From Eledone cirrhosa (lineage: Eukaryota), in the NCBI GenBank assembly GCA_964016885.1, contig OZ024744.1, positions 133,300,001 through 133,364,000 on the forward strand: DNA of 64,000 nucleotides, read 5' to 3'. The notes beneath the pieces are model-generated. The model was not told where the DNA came from. It searched no databases and saw only the letters and a program-made list of their open reading frames with translations. The position numbers were made by a program, and so were the translations under genes. Below, one piece after another: positions 30,390-45,200 of this stretch (position 1 is its first letter; the number at the start of each line of letters is the position of its first letter).

Positions 30390-33300
30390 TAACCCCAACT
30401 TAACTTACCCCCAACTTAACTTACCCCCAACTTAACTTAACCCACAACCTAACTTAACTGCAAATTAACTTAACCCCAACTTAGCTTAACCCCAACTTAA
30501 CTTAACCCCAACTTAATTTAACCCCAACTTAATTTAACCCCAACTTAACTTAACCCCAACTTAACTTAGACCCAACTTAACCTAGCCCCAACTTAACTTA
30601 ACCCCAACTTAACTTAGCCCTAACTTAACTTAGCCCCAACTTAACTCAAACCCAACTTAACTTAAGCCCAACTTTACTTAACACCAACTTAACTTAACCC
30701 CAACTTAACTTAACCCCAACTTAACTTAACCCACAACTTAACTTAACCCCAACTTTACTTAACACCAACTTAACTTAACCCCAACTTAACTTAACCCCAA
30801 CTTAACATAACCCCAACTTAAATTAACCCTAACTTAACTTAACCCCAACTTAACTTAACCCCAACTGAAATTAACCCTAACTTAACTTAACCCCAAATTA
30901 ACTTAACCTCAACTTAATTTAACCCCAACTTAACTTAACCCCAACTTAACTTACCCCCAACTTAACTTACCCCCAACTTAACTTAACCCCAACTTAACTT
31001 AACCTCAACTTAACTTACCCTCAACTTAACTTAACCCCAACTTAAGTTACCCCCAACTTAACTTAACCCCAACTTAACTTAACCCCAACTTAAATTAACC
31101 CCAACTTAACTTGCCCCCAACTTAACTTACCCCCAACTTAACTTAACCCCAACTTAACTTAACCCCAACTTAAGTTAAGGCTAACTTAACTTAAACCCAA
31201 ATTAACTCAACCCCAACTTAAATTAACCCCAACTTAACTTAACCCCAACTTATCTTAACCCCAACTTAACTTAACCCCAACTTAACTTAACCCCAACTTA
31301 ACTTAACCCCAACTTAACTCAACCCGAACTTAACTTAACCCCAACTTAACTCAGCCCCAAATTAACTTAACCCCAACTTAACTGAACCCCAACTTAACTT
31401 AACCCCAACTTAACTTAACCCCAACTTAACTTAACCCCAACTTAACTTACCCCCAGCTTAACTTAACCCCAACTTAACTTAACCCCAACTGAACTGAACC
31501 CCAACTTAACTTAACCCCAACTTAACTTACACCCAACTTAACTTACCCCCAACTTAACTTAACCCCAACTTAAATTAACCCCAACTTAACTTAACCCCAA
31601 CTTGACTTAACCCCAACTTGACTTAACCCCAACTTGACTTAACACCAACTTGACTTAACTCCAACTTAACTTAACCCCAACTTAACTTAACCCCAACTTA
31701 AATTAACCCCAACTTAACTTAACCCCAACTTAACTTAACCCCAACTTAACTTAACCCCAACTTAACTTAACGCCAACTTAACTTAACCCCAACTTAACTT
31801 AACGCCAACTTAACTTAACCCCAACTTAACTAACCCCAACTTAACTTAACCCCAACTTAATTTAACCCCAACTTAACTGAACCCCAACTTAATTTAACCC
31901 TAACTTAACTTAACCCCAACTTAACTTAACCCCAACTTAATTTAACCCCAACTTAACTTAACCCCAAATTAACTTAACCCTAACTTAACTTTACGCCAAC
32001 TTAACTTAACCCCAACTTTAACTTAACCCCAACTTAACTTAACCCCAACTTAACATAACCCCAACTGAAATTAACCCTAACTTAACTTAACCCCAACTTA
32101 ACTTAACCCCAACTTAACTTAACCCCAACTTAACTTAACCCCAACTTAACTTAACCCCAACTTAACTTAACCCCAACTTAACTAACCCCAACTTAACTTA
32201 ACCCCAAATTAATTTAACCCCAACTTAACTGAACCCCAACTTAATTTAACCCCAGCTTAACTTAACCCCAACTTAACTTAACCCCAACTTAATTTAACCC
32301 CAACTTAACTTAACCCCAACTTAAATTAACCCTAACTTAACTTTACCCCAACTTAACTTAACCCCAACTTTAACTTAACCCCAACTTAACTTAACCCCAA
32401 CTTAACATAACCCCAACTGAAATTAACCCTAACTTAACTTAACCCCAACTTAAATTAACCCCAACTTAACTTAACCCCAACTTAACTTGCCCCCAACTTA
32501 ACTTACCCCCAACTTAACTTAACCCCAACTTAACTTAACCCCAACTTAACTTAACCCCAAGTTAACTTAACCCCAACTTAACTTAACCCCAACTTAACTC
32601 AACCCCAACTTAACTCAACCCCAACTTAACTTAACCCCAACTTAACTTACCCCAACTTAACTTAACCCCAACTTAACTTAACCCCAGCTTAACTTAACCC
32701 CAACTTAACTTAACCCCAACTTAACTGAACCCCAACTTAACTTAACCCCAACTTAACTTACCCCCAACTTAACTCAGCCCCAACTTAACTTAGCTCCAAC
32801 TTAACTTAGCCCCAACTTAACTTAAACCCAACTTAACTTAACCCCAACTAAACTTGCCCCCAACTTAACCTACCCCCAACTTAATTTAACCCCAACTTAA
32901 CCCCAACTTAAGTTAACCCCAACTTAACTTAACCCCAAATTAACTCAACCCCAACTTAACTTAACCCCAACTTAACTTAACCCCAACTTAACTTAACCCC
33001 AACTTAAATTAACCCCAACTTAACTTAACCCCAACTTAAGTTAACCTCAACTTGAATTAACCCCAACTTGACTTAGCCCCAACTTAACTTAGCCCCAACT
33101 TATCTTACCCCCAACTTATCTTACCCCCAACTTAACTTAACCCCAACTTAACTTAACCTCAACTTAATTTAACCCCAACTTAACTTAACCCCAACTTAAC
33201 TTACCCTCAACTTAACTTACCCCCAACTTAACTTAACCCCAACTTAACTTACCCCCAACTTAACTTAACCCCAACTTAACTTAACCCCAACTTAACATAA

Positions 33301-34540
33301 CCCCAACTTAACTTAACCCCAACTTAAATTAACCCCAACTTAACTTGCCCCAACTTAACTAACCCCCAACTTAATTTAACCCCAACTTAACTTAACCCCA
33401 AATTAACCCCAACTTAAGTTAACCCCAACTTAACTTAACCCCAACTTAACTTAACCCCAACTTGACTTAACCCCAACTTGACTTAACCGCAACTTGACTT
33501 AACCCCAACTTGACTTAACTCCAACTTAACTTAACCCCAACTTAACTTAACCCCAACTTAAATTAACCCCAACTTAACTTAACCCCAACTTAATTTAACC
33601 CCAACTTAACTTAACCCCAACTTAACTTAACGCCAACTTAACTTAACCCCAACTTAACTTAACCCCAACTTAACTTAACCCCAACTTAACTAACCCCAAC
33701 TTAACTTAACCCCAACTTAATTTAACCCCAACTTAACTGAACCCCAACTTAATTTAACCCCAACTTACCTTAACCCCAACTTAACTTAACCCCAACTTAA
33801 TTTAACCCCAACTTAACTTAACCCCAACTCAACTTAACCCTAACTTAACTTTACCCCAACTTAACTTAACCCCAACTTTAACTTAACCCCAACTTAACTT
33901 AACCCCAACTTAACATAACCCCAACTGAAATTAACCCTAACTTAACTTAACCCCAACTTAACTTAACCCCAACTTAACTTAACCCCAACTTAACTTAACC
34001 CCAACTTAACTTGCCCCCAACTTAACTTACCCCCAACTTAACTTAACCCCAACTTAACTTAACCCCAACTGAACTTAACCACATTTTAACTTAACCCCAA
34101 CTTAACTTATACCCAACTTAACTTACCCCCAACTTAACTTAACCCCAACTTAACTTAACCCCAACTTGACTTAACCCCAACTTGACTTAACCCCAACTTG
34201 ACTTAACCCCAACTTAACTTAACCCCAACTTAACTTAACCCCAACTTAACTTAACCCCAACTTAACTTTACCCCAAGTTAAATTAACGCCAACTTAACTT
34301 AACCCCAACTTAACTTAACCCCAACTTAACTTTACCCCAAGTTAAATTAACGCCAACTTAACTTAACCCCAACTTAACTTAACCCCAACTTAACTTAACC
34401 CCAACTTAACTTAACCCCAACTTAAATTAACCCCAACTTAACTTACCCCCAACTTAACTTACCCCCAACTTAACTTAACCCACAACCTAACTTAACTGCA
34501 AATTAACTTAACCCCAACTTAGCTTAACCCCAACTTAACT
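30390..34540 (+). repeat. Divergent sub-family block, copy 2 (506 bp longer)
   Basis: Same variant order as 19.5-23.1 kb. The offset changes from 10,901 to 11,407 across about 32,894-33,399. Confidence 0.8.
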
Positions 34541-37500
34541 GAACCCCAACTTAACTTAACCCCAACTCAATATAACCCCAACTTAACTTAACCCCAACTT
34601 AACTCAACCCCAACTTAAATTAACCCCAACTTAACTTATCCCCAACTTAACTTAACCCCAACTTAATTAACCCCAACTTAAATTAACCCCAACTTAACTT
34701 AACACCAACTTAACGTAACCCCAACTTAAATAAACCCCAACTTAAATGAACCCCAACTTAACTTAACCACAACTTAACTTAACCCCAACTTAACTCAGCC
34801 CCAACTTAACTTAGCCCCAACTTAACTTAACCCCAACTTAACTTAACCCCAACTTAACTTAACGCCAACTTAACTTAAACCTAACTTAACTTAACCCCAA
34901 CTTAACTTGACCCCAACTTAACTTAACCTCAACTTAACTTAACCCCAACTTAACTTAACCCCATCTTAACTTAACCCCAACTTAACTTAACCCCAACTTA
35001 ACTTAACCCCAACTTAAATTAACCCCAACTTAACTTAACCCCAACTTAACTTAACCCCGACTTAACTTAACCCCAACTTAACTTAACCCCAACTTAACTT
35101 AACCCCAACTTAACTTAACCACAAATTAACTTAACCCCAACTTAACTTAACCCCAACTTAACTTAACCCCAACTTAACTTAACCCCAACTTAACTTAACC
35201 CCAACTTAACTTAAACCTAACCTAACTTAACCCCAACTTAACCCCAACTTAACTTGACCCCAACTTAACTTAACCCCAACTTAACTCAACCCCAACTTAA
35301 CTTAACCCCAACTTAACTCAGCCCCAACTTAACTCAGCCCCAACTTAACTTAGCCACAACTTAACTTAACACCAACTTAACTTAACCCCAACTTAACTTA
35401 ACCCCAACTTAACTTAACCCCAACTTAACTTATCCCCAACTTAACTGAACCCCAACTTAACTTAACCCCAACTTAATATAACCCCAACTTAACTTAACCC
35501 CAACTTAACTCAACCCCAACTTAAATTAACCCCAACTTAACTTATCCCCAACTTAACTTAACCCCAACTTAATTAACCCCAACTTAAATTAACCCCAACT
35601 TAACTTAACACCAACTTAACGTAACCCCAACTTAACTTAACCCCAACTTAACTTAAACCTAACTTAACTTAACCCCAACTTAACCCCAACTTAACTTGAC
35701 CCCAACTTAACTTAACCCCAACTTAACTCAACCCCAACTTAACTTAACCCCAACTTAACTCAGCCCCAACTTAACTCAGCCCCAACTTAACTTAGCCCCA
35801 ACTTAACTTAACAACAACTTAACTTAACCCCAACTTAACTTATCCCCAACTTAACTGAACCCCAACTTAACTTAACCCCAACTTAAATTAACCCCAACTT
35901 AACTTAACCCCAACTTAACTTAACCCCAACTTAACTCAACACCAACTTAACTCAACCCCAACTTAACTCAACCCCAATTTAACTCAACCCCAACTTAACT
36001 CAACTCCAACTTAACTTAACCCCAACTTAACTGAACCCTAACTTAACTTAACCCCGACTTAACTTAACCCCGACTTAACTTAACCCCAACTTAACTTAAC
36101 CCCAACTTAACTTAACCCCAACTTAACTTAACCCCAACTTAATTTAACCCCATCTTAACCCCAACTTAACTTAACCCCAACTTAACTGAACCCCAACTTA
36201 ACTTAACCCCAACTTAAATAAACCCCAACTTAACTTAACCCCAACTTAACTTAACCCCAACTTAACTTAACCCCAACTTAACTCAGCCCCAACTTAACTT
36301 AGCCCCAACTTAACTTAACCCCAACTTAACTTAACCCCAACTTAACTTAACCCCAACTTAACTTAACCCCAACTTAACTTAACCCCAACTTAACTTAAAC
36401 CCAACTTAACTTAACCCCAACTTAAATTATCCCCAACTTAACTTATCCCCAACTTAACTTAACCCCAACTTAACTTAACCCCAACTTAACTTAACCCCAA
36501 CTTAATTTAACCCCAACTTAACTTAACCTCAACTTAACTTAACCCCAACTTAACTTAACCCCATCTTAACTTAACCCCAACTTAACTTAACCCCAACTTA
36601 ACTTAACCCCAACTTAAATTAACCCCAACTTAACTTAACCCCAACTTAACTTAACCCCGACTTAACTTAACCCCAACTTAACTTAACCCCAACTTAACTT
36701 AACCCCAACTTAAGCCCAACTTAACTTGACCCCAACTTAACTTAACCCCAACTTAACTCAACCCCAACTTAACTTAACCCCAACTTAACTCAGCCCCAAC
36801 TTAACTCAGCCCCAACTTAACTTAGCCCCAACTTAACTTAACACCAACTTAACTTAACCCCACCTTAACTTAACCCCAACTTAACTTAACCCCAACTTAA
36901 CTTATCCCCAACTTAACTGAACCCCAACTTAACTTAACCCCAACTTAATATAACCCCAACTTAACTTAACCCCAACTTAACTCAACCCCAACTTAAATTA
37001 ACCCCAACTTAACTTAACCCCAACTTAACTTAACCCCAACTTAATTAACCCCAACTTAAATTAACCCCAACTTAACTTAACACCAACTTAACGTAACCCC
37101 AACTTAATTTAACCCCAACTTAAATTAACCCCAACTTAACTTGCCCCCAACTTAACTTACCCCCAACGTAACTTAACCCCAACTTAATTTAACCCCAACT
37201 TAATTTAACCCCAACTTAACTTAACCCCAAATTAACTCAACCCCAACTTAACTCAACCCCAACTTAACTTAACCCCAACTTAACTTAACCCCAACTTAAC
37301 TTAACCACAAATTAACTTAGCCCCAACTTAAATTAACCCCAACTTAACTCAACCACAACTTAACTTAACCCCGACCTAACTTAACCCCAACTTAACTTAA
37401 CCCCAACTTAATTTAACCCCAACTTCACTCAACCCCAACTTAACTCAACCCCAACTTAACCCCAACTTAACTTAACCCCAACTTAAATTAACCACAAAGT

Positions 37501-37733
37501 TAACTTAACCCCAATTTAAATTAACCCCAACTTAACATAACCACCACTTAATTAACCCCAACTTAACTCAACCCCAACTTAACTTAACCCTAACTTAACT
37601 TAACCCCAACTTAACCGCAACTTAACTTAACCCCAACTTAACTTACCCCCAACTTAACTTACCCCCAACTTAACTGAACCCCAACTTAAGTTAAGCCTAA
37701 CTTAACTTAACGCCAACTTAACTTAACCCCGAC

Positions 37734-37909
37734 TTAGGGCTTAAGTTAAGTTGGGGCTAAGTTAAGTTGGGGTTAAGTCAAGTTGGAAGTTGTGGTTGAG
37801 TGAAGTTGGGGTTAAGTTAAGTTGGGGTTGAGTGAAGTTGGGGTTAAGTTAAGTTGGGGTTGAGTTACGTTGGGGTTGAGTGAAGTTGGGGTTAAGTTAA
37901 GTTGGGGTT
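37734..37909 (-). repeat. Inverted island 4 (176 bp)
   Basis: Same junctions and markers as island 2. Confidence 0.96.
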
Positions 37910-40900
37910 AACCCCAACTTAACTTAACTCCAACTTAACTTAACCCCAACTTAACTTAACCCCAACTTAACTTAACCCCAACATAACTTAACCCCAACTT
38001 AAATTAACCCCAACTTAACTTAAACTCAACTTAACTAACCAACTTAACTTAACCCCAACTTAACTTAACCCCAACTTAACTTAACCCCAACTTAACTTAA
38101 CCCCAACTTAACTTAACTCCAACTTAAATTAACCCCAACTTAACTTAACCCCAACTTAACTTAACCCCGACTTAACTTAACCCCAACTTAATTAACCCCA
38201 ACTTAACTTAGCCCCAACTTAACTTAGCCCCAACTTAACTTAGCCCCAACTTAACTTAACCCCAACTTAACATAACCGCACCTTAACTTAACCTCAACTT
38301 AACTTAACTGCAACTTAACTTAACCCCAACTTAACTTAACCCCAACTTAACTCAACACCAACTTAACTCAACCCCAACTTAACTCAACCCCAATTTAACT
38401 CAACCCCAACTTAACTCAACCCCAACTTAACTTAACCCCAACTTAACTGAACCCTAACTTAACTTAACCCCGACTTAAATTAAGCCCAACTTAACTTAAC
38501 CCCAACTTAACTCAGCCCCAACTTAACTTAGCCCTAACTTAACTTAACCCCAACTTAACTTAACCCCAACTTAATTAACCCCAACTTAAATTAACCCCAA
38601 CTTAACTTAACACCAACTTAACGTAACCCCATCTTAAATAAACCCCAACTTAAATTAACCCCAACTTAACTTAACCCCAACTTAACTTAACCCCAACTTA
38701 ACTCAGCCCCAACTTAACTTAGCCCCAACTTAACTTAACCCCAACTTAACTTAACCCCAACTTAACTTAACCCCAACTTAACTTATCCCCAACTTAACTT
38801 AACCCCAACTTAACTTAAACCCAACTTAACTTAACCCCAACTTAAACTATCCCCAACTTAACTTATCCCCAACTTAACTTAATCCCAACTTAACTTAACC
38901 CCAACTTAACTTAACCCCAACTTAATTTAACCCCAACTTAACTTAACCTCAACTTAACTTAACCCCAACTTAACTTAACCCCAACTTAACTTAACCCCAA
39001 CTTAAATTAGCCCCAACTTAACTTAACCCCAACTTAAATTAACCCCAACTTAACTTAACCCCAACTTAACTTAACCCCGACTTAAATTAACCCCAACTTA
39101 ACTTAACCCCAACTTAACTTAACCACAAATTGACTTAACCACAAATTAACTTAACCCCAACTTAACTTAACCCCAACTTAACTTAACCCCAACTTAACTT
39201 AACCCCAACTTAACTTAACCCCAACTTAACTTAAACCTAACTTAACTTAACCCCAACTTAACCCCAACTTAACTTGACCCCAACTTAACTTAACCCCAAC
39301 TTAACTCAACCCCAACTTAACTTAACCCCAACTTCACTCAGCCCCAACTTAACTCAGCCCCAACTTAACTTAGCCCCAACTTAACTTAACACCAACTTAA
39401 CTTAACCCCAACTTAACTTAAACCTAACTTAACTTAACCCCAACTTAACCCCAACTTAACTTGACCCCAACTTAACTTAACCCCAACTTAACTCAACCCC
39501 AACTTAACTTAACCCCAACTTCACTCAGCCCCAACTTAACTCAGCCCCAACTTAACTTAGCCCCAACTTAACTTAACACCAACTTAACTTAACCCCAACT
39601 TAACTTAACCCCAACTTAACTTAACCCCAACTTAACTCAACCCCAACTTAACTTAACCCCAACTTAACTCAGCCCCAACTTAACTCAGCCCCAACTTAAC
39701 TTAGCCCCAACTTAACTTAACACCAACTTAACTTAACCCCAACTTAACTTAACCCCAACTTAACTTAACCCCAACTTAACTTATCCCCAACTTAACTGAA
39801 CCCCAACTTAACTTAACCCCAACTTAATATAACCCCAACTTAACTTAACCCCAACTTAACTCAACCCCAACTTAAATTAACCCCAACTTAACTTAACCCC
39901 AACTTAACTTAACCCCAACTTAATTAACCCCAACTTAAATTAACCCCAACTTAACTTAACACCAACTTAACGTAACCCCAACTTAACTTAACCCCAACTT
40001 AACTTAAACCTAACTTAACTTAACCCCAACTTAACCCCAACTTAACTTGACCCCAACTTAACTTAACCCCAACTTAACTCAACCCCAACTTAACTTAACC
40101 CCAACTTAACTCAGCCCCAACTTAACTCAGCCCCAACTTAACTTAGCCCCAACTTAACTTAACACCAACTTAACTTAACCCCAACTTAACTTAACCCCAA
40201 CTTAACTTAACCCCAACTTAACTTATCCCCAACTTAACTGAACCCCAACTTAACTGAACCCCAACTTAAATTAACCCCAACTTAACTTAACCCCAACTTA
40301 ACTTAACCCCAACTTAACTCAACACCAACTTAACTCAACCTCAACTTAACTCAACCCCAATTTAACTCAACCCCAACTTAACTCAACCCCAACTTAACTT
40401 AACCCCAACTTAACTGAACCCTAACTTAACTTAACCCCGACTTAACTTAACCCCGACTTAACTTAACCCCAACTTAACTTAACCCCAACTTAACTTAACC
40501 CCAACTTAACTTAACCCCAACTTAATTTAACCCCATCTTAACCCCAACTTAACTTAACCCCAACTTAACTGAACCCCAACTTAAATAAACCCCAACTTAA
40601 CTTAACCCCAACTTAACTTAACCCCAACTTAACTTAACCCCAACTTAACTCAGCCCCAACTTAACTTAGCCCCAACTTAACTTAACCCCAACTTAACTTA
40701 ACCCCAACTTAACTTAACCCCAACTTAACTTAACCCCAACTTAACTTAACCCCAACTTAACTTAAACCCAACTTAACTTAACCCCAACTTAAATTATCCC
40801 CAACTTAACTTATCCCCAACTTAACTTAACCCCAACTTAACTTAACCCCAACTTAACTTAACCCCAACTTAATTTAACCCCAACTTAACTTAACCTCAAC

Positions 40901-42116
40901 TTAACTTAACCCCAACTTAACTTAACCCCATCTTAACTTAACCCCAACTTAACTTAACCCCAACTTAACTTAACCCCAACTTAAATTAACCCCAACTTAA
41001 CTTAACCCCAACTTAACTTAACCCCGACTTAACTTAACCCCAACTTAACTTAACCCCAACTTAACTTAACCCCAACTTAACCCCAGCTTAACTTGACCCC
41101 AACTTAACTTAACCCCAACTTAACTCAACCCCAACTTAACTTAACCCCAACTTAACTCAGCCCCAACTTAACTCAGCCCCAACTTAACTTAGCCCCAACT
41201 TAACTTAACACCAACTTAACTTAACCCCACCTTAACTTAACCCCAACTTAACTTAACCCCAACTTAACTTATCCCCAACTTAACTGAACCCCAACTTAAC
41301 TTAACCCCAACTTAATATAACCCCAACTTAACTTAACCCCAACTTAACTCAACCCCAACTTAAATTAACCCCAACTTAACTTAACCCCAACTTAACTTAA
41401 CCCCAACTTAATTAACCCCAACTTAAATTAACCCCAACTTAACTTAACACCAACTTAACGTAACCCCAACTTAATTTAACCCCAACTTAAATTAACCCCA
41501 ACTTAACTTGCCCCCAACTTAACTTACCCCCAACGTAACTTAACCCCAACTTAATTTAACCCCAACTTAATTTAACCCCAACTTAACTTAACCCCAAATT
41601 AACTCAACCCCAACTTAACTCAACCCCAACTTAACTTAACCCCAACTTAACTTAACCCCAACTTAACTTAACCACAAATTAACTTAGCCCCAACTTAAAT
41701 TAACCCCAACTTAACTCAACCACAACTTAACTTAACCCCGACCTAACTTAACCCCAACTTAACTTAACCCCAACTTAACTTAACCCCAACTTCACTCAAC
41801 CCCAACTTAACTCAACCCCAACTTAACCCCAACTTAACTTAACCCCAACTTAAATTAACCACAAAGTTAACTTAACCCCAATTTAAATTAACCCCAACTT
41901 AACTTAACCCCAACTTAACATAACCACCACTTAATTAACCCCAACTTAACTCAACCCCAACTTAACTTAACCCTAACTTAACTTAACCCCAACTTAACCG
42001 CAACTTAACTTAACCCCAACTTAACTTACCCCCAACTTAACTTACCCCCAACTTAACTAAACCCCAACTTAAGTTAAGCCTAACTTAACTTAACGCCAAC
42101 TTAACTTAACCCCGAC

Positions 42117-42292
42117 TTAGGGCTTAAGTTAAGTTGGGGCTAAGTTAAGTTGGGGTTAAGTCAAGTTGGAAGTTGTGGTTGAGTGAAGTTGGGGTTAAGT
42201 TAAGTTGGGGTTGAGTGAAGTTGGGGTTAAGTTAAGTTGGGGTTGAGTTACGTTGGGGTTGAGTGAAGTTGGGGTTAAGTTAAGTTGGGGTT
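42117..42292 (-). repeat. Inverted island 5 (176 bp)
   Basis: Same junctions and markers as island 2. Confidence 0.96.
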
Positions 42293-45200
42293 AACCCCAA
42301 CTTAACTTAACCCCAACTTAACTTAACCCCAACTTAACTTAACCCCAACTTAACTTAACCCCAACATAACTTAACCCCAACTTAAATTAACCCCAACTTA
42401 ACTTAAACTCAACTTAACTAACCAACTTAACTTAACCCCAACTTAACTTAACCCCAACTTAACTTAACCCCAACTTAACTTAACCCCAACTTAACTTAAC
42501 CCCAACTTAAATTAACCCCAACTTAACTTAACCCCAACTTAACTTAACCCCGACTTAACTTAACCCCAACTTAACTTAACCCCAACTTAACTTAGCCCCA
42601 ACTTAACTTAGCCCCAACTTAACTTAGCCCCAACTTAACTTAACCCCAACTTAACATAACCGCACCTTAACTTAACCTCAACTTAACTTAACTGCAACTT
42701 AACTTAACCCCAACTTAACTTAACCCCAACTTAACTCAACACCAACTTAACTCAACCCCAACTTAACTCAACCCCAATTTAACTCAACCCCAACTTAACT
42801 CAACCCCAACTTAACTTAACCCCAACTTAACTGAACCCTAACTTAACTTAACCCCGACTTAAATTAAGCCCAACTTAACTTAACCCCAACTTAACTCAGC
42901 CCCAACTTAACTTAGCCCTAACTTAACTTAACCCCAACTTAACTTAACCCCAACTTAATTAACCCCAACTTAAATTAACCCCAACTTAACTTAACACCAA
43001 CTTAACGTAACCCCATCTTAAATAAACCCCAACTTAACTTAACCCCAACTTAACTTAACCACAAATTGACTTAACCACAAATTAACTTAACCCCAACTTA
43101 ACTTAACCCCAACTTAACTTAACCCCAACTTAACTTAACCCCAACTTAACTTAACCCCAACTTAACTTAAACCTAACTTAACTTAACCCCAACTTAACCC
43201 CAACTTAACTTGACCCCAACTTAACTTAACCCCAACTTAACTCAACCCCAACTTAACTTAACCCCAACTTCACTCAGCCCCAACTTAACTCAGCCCCAAC
43301 TTAACTTAGCCCCAACTTAACTTAACACCAACTTAACTTAACCCCAACTTAACTTAAACCTAACTTAACTTAACCCCAACTTAACCCCAACTTAACTTGA
43401 CCCCAACTTAACTTAACCCCAACTTAACTCAACCCCAACTTAACTTAACCCCAACTTCACTCAGCCCCAACTTAACTCAGCCCCAACTTAACTTAGCCCC
43501 AACTTAACTTAACACCAACTTAACTTAATCCCAACTTAACTTAACCCCAACTTAACTTAACCCCAACTTAACTCAACCCCAACTTAACTTAACCCCAACT
43601 TAACTCAGCCCCAACTTAACTCAGCCCCAACTTAACTTAGCCCCAACTTAACTTAACACCAACTTAACTTAACCCCAACTTAACTTAACCCCAACTTAAC
43701 TTAACCCCAACTTAACTTATCCCCAACTTAACTGAACCCCAACTTAACTTAACCCCAACTTAATATAACCCCAACTTAACTTAACCCCAACTTAACTCAA
43801 CCCCAACTTAAATTAACCCCAACTTAACTTAACCCCAACTTAACTTAACCCCAACTTAATTAACCCCAACTTAAATTAACCCCAACTTAACTTAACACCA
43901 ACTTAACGTAACCCCAACTTAACTTAACCCCAACTTAACTTAAACCTAACTTAACTTAACCCCAACTTAACCCCAACTTAACTTGACCCCAACTTAACTT
44001 AACCCCAACTTAACTCAACCCCAACTTAACTTAACCCCAACTTAACTCAGCCCCAACTTAACTCAGCCCCAACTTAACTTAGCCCCAACTTAACTTAACA
44101 CCAACTTAACTTAACCCCAACTTAACTTAACCCCAACTTAACTTAACCCCAACTTAACTTATCCCCAACTTAACTGAACCCCAACTTAACTGAACCCCAA
44201 CTTAAATTAACCCCAACTTAACTTAACCCCAACTTAACTTAACCCCAACTTAACTCAACACCAACTTAACTCAACCTCAACTTAACTCAACCCCAATTTA
44301 ACTCAACCCCAACTTAACTCAACCCCAACTTAACTTAACCCCAACTTAACTGAACCCTAACTTAACTTAACCCCGACTTAACTTAACCCCGACTTAACTT
44401 AACCCCAACTTAACTTAACCCCAACTTAACTTAACCCCAACTTAACTTAACCCCAACTTAATTTAACCCCATCTTAACCCCAACTTAACTTAACCCCAAC
44501 TTAACTGAACCCCAACTTAAATAAACCCCAACTTAACTTAACCCCAACTTAACTTAACCCCAACTTAACTTAACCCCAACTTAACTCAGCCCCAACTTAA
44601 CTTAGCCCCAACTTAACTTAACCCCAACTTAACTTAACCCCAACTTAACTTAACCCCAACTTAACTTAACCCCAACTTAACTTAACCCCAACTTAACTTA
44701 AACCCAACTTAACTTAACCCCAACTTAAATTATCCCCAACTTAACTTATCCCCAACTTAACTTAACCCCAACTTAACTTAACCCCAACTTAACTTAACCC
44801 CAACTTAATTTAACCCCAACTTAACTTAACCTCAACTTAACTTAACCCCAACTTAACTTAACCCCATCTTAACTTAACCCCAACTTAACTTAACCCCAAC
44901 TTAACTTAACCCCAACTTAAATTAACCCCAACTTAACTTAACCCCAACTTAACTTAACCCCGACTTAACTTAACCCCAACTTAACTTAACCCCAACTTAA
45001 CTTAACCCCAACTTAACCCCAGCTTAACTTGACCCCAACTTAACTTAACCCCAACTTAACTCAACCCCAACTTAACTTAACCCCAACTTAACTCAGCCCC
45101 AACTTAACTCAGCCCCAACTTAACTTAGCCCCAACTTAACTTAACACCAACTTAACTTAACCCCACCTTAACTTAACCCCAACTTAACTTAACCCCAACT

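Larger units (their letters stand above)
12210..41790 (+). repeat. About 11-kb higher-order repeat, about 2.6 copies (approx. 12.2-23.1, 23.1-34.5 and 34.5-41.8 kb)
   Basis: Marker CAATATAA (preceded by CT) at 12,244, 23,161 and 34,568 gives offsets 10,917 and 11,407. Islands 2-4 have the same offsets. AAGTTAAGGC near 20,278 and 31,179 and ACATTTT near 22,677 and 34,084 each occur once per complete copy. Confidence 0.9.
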
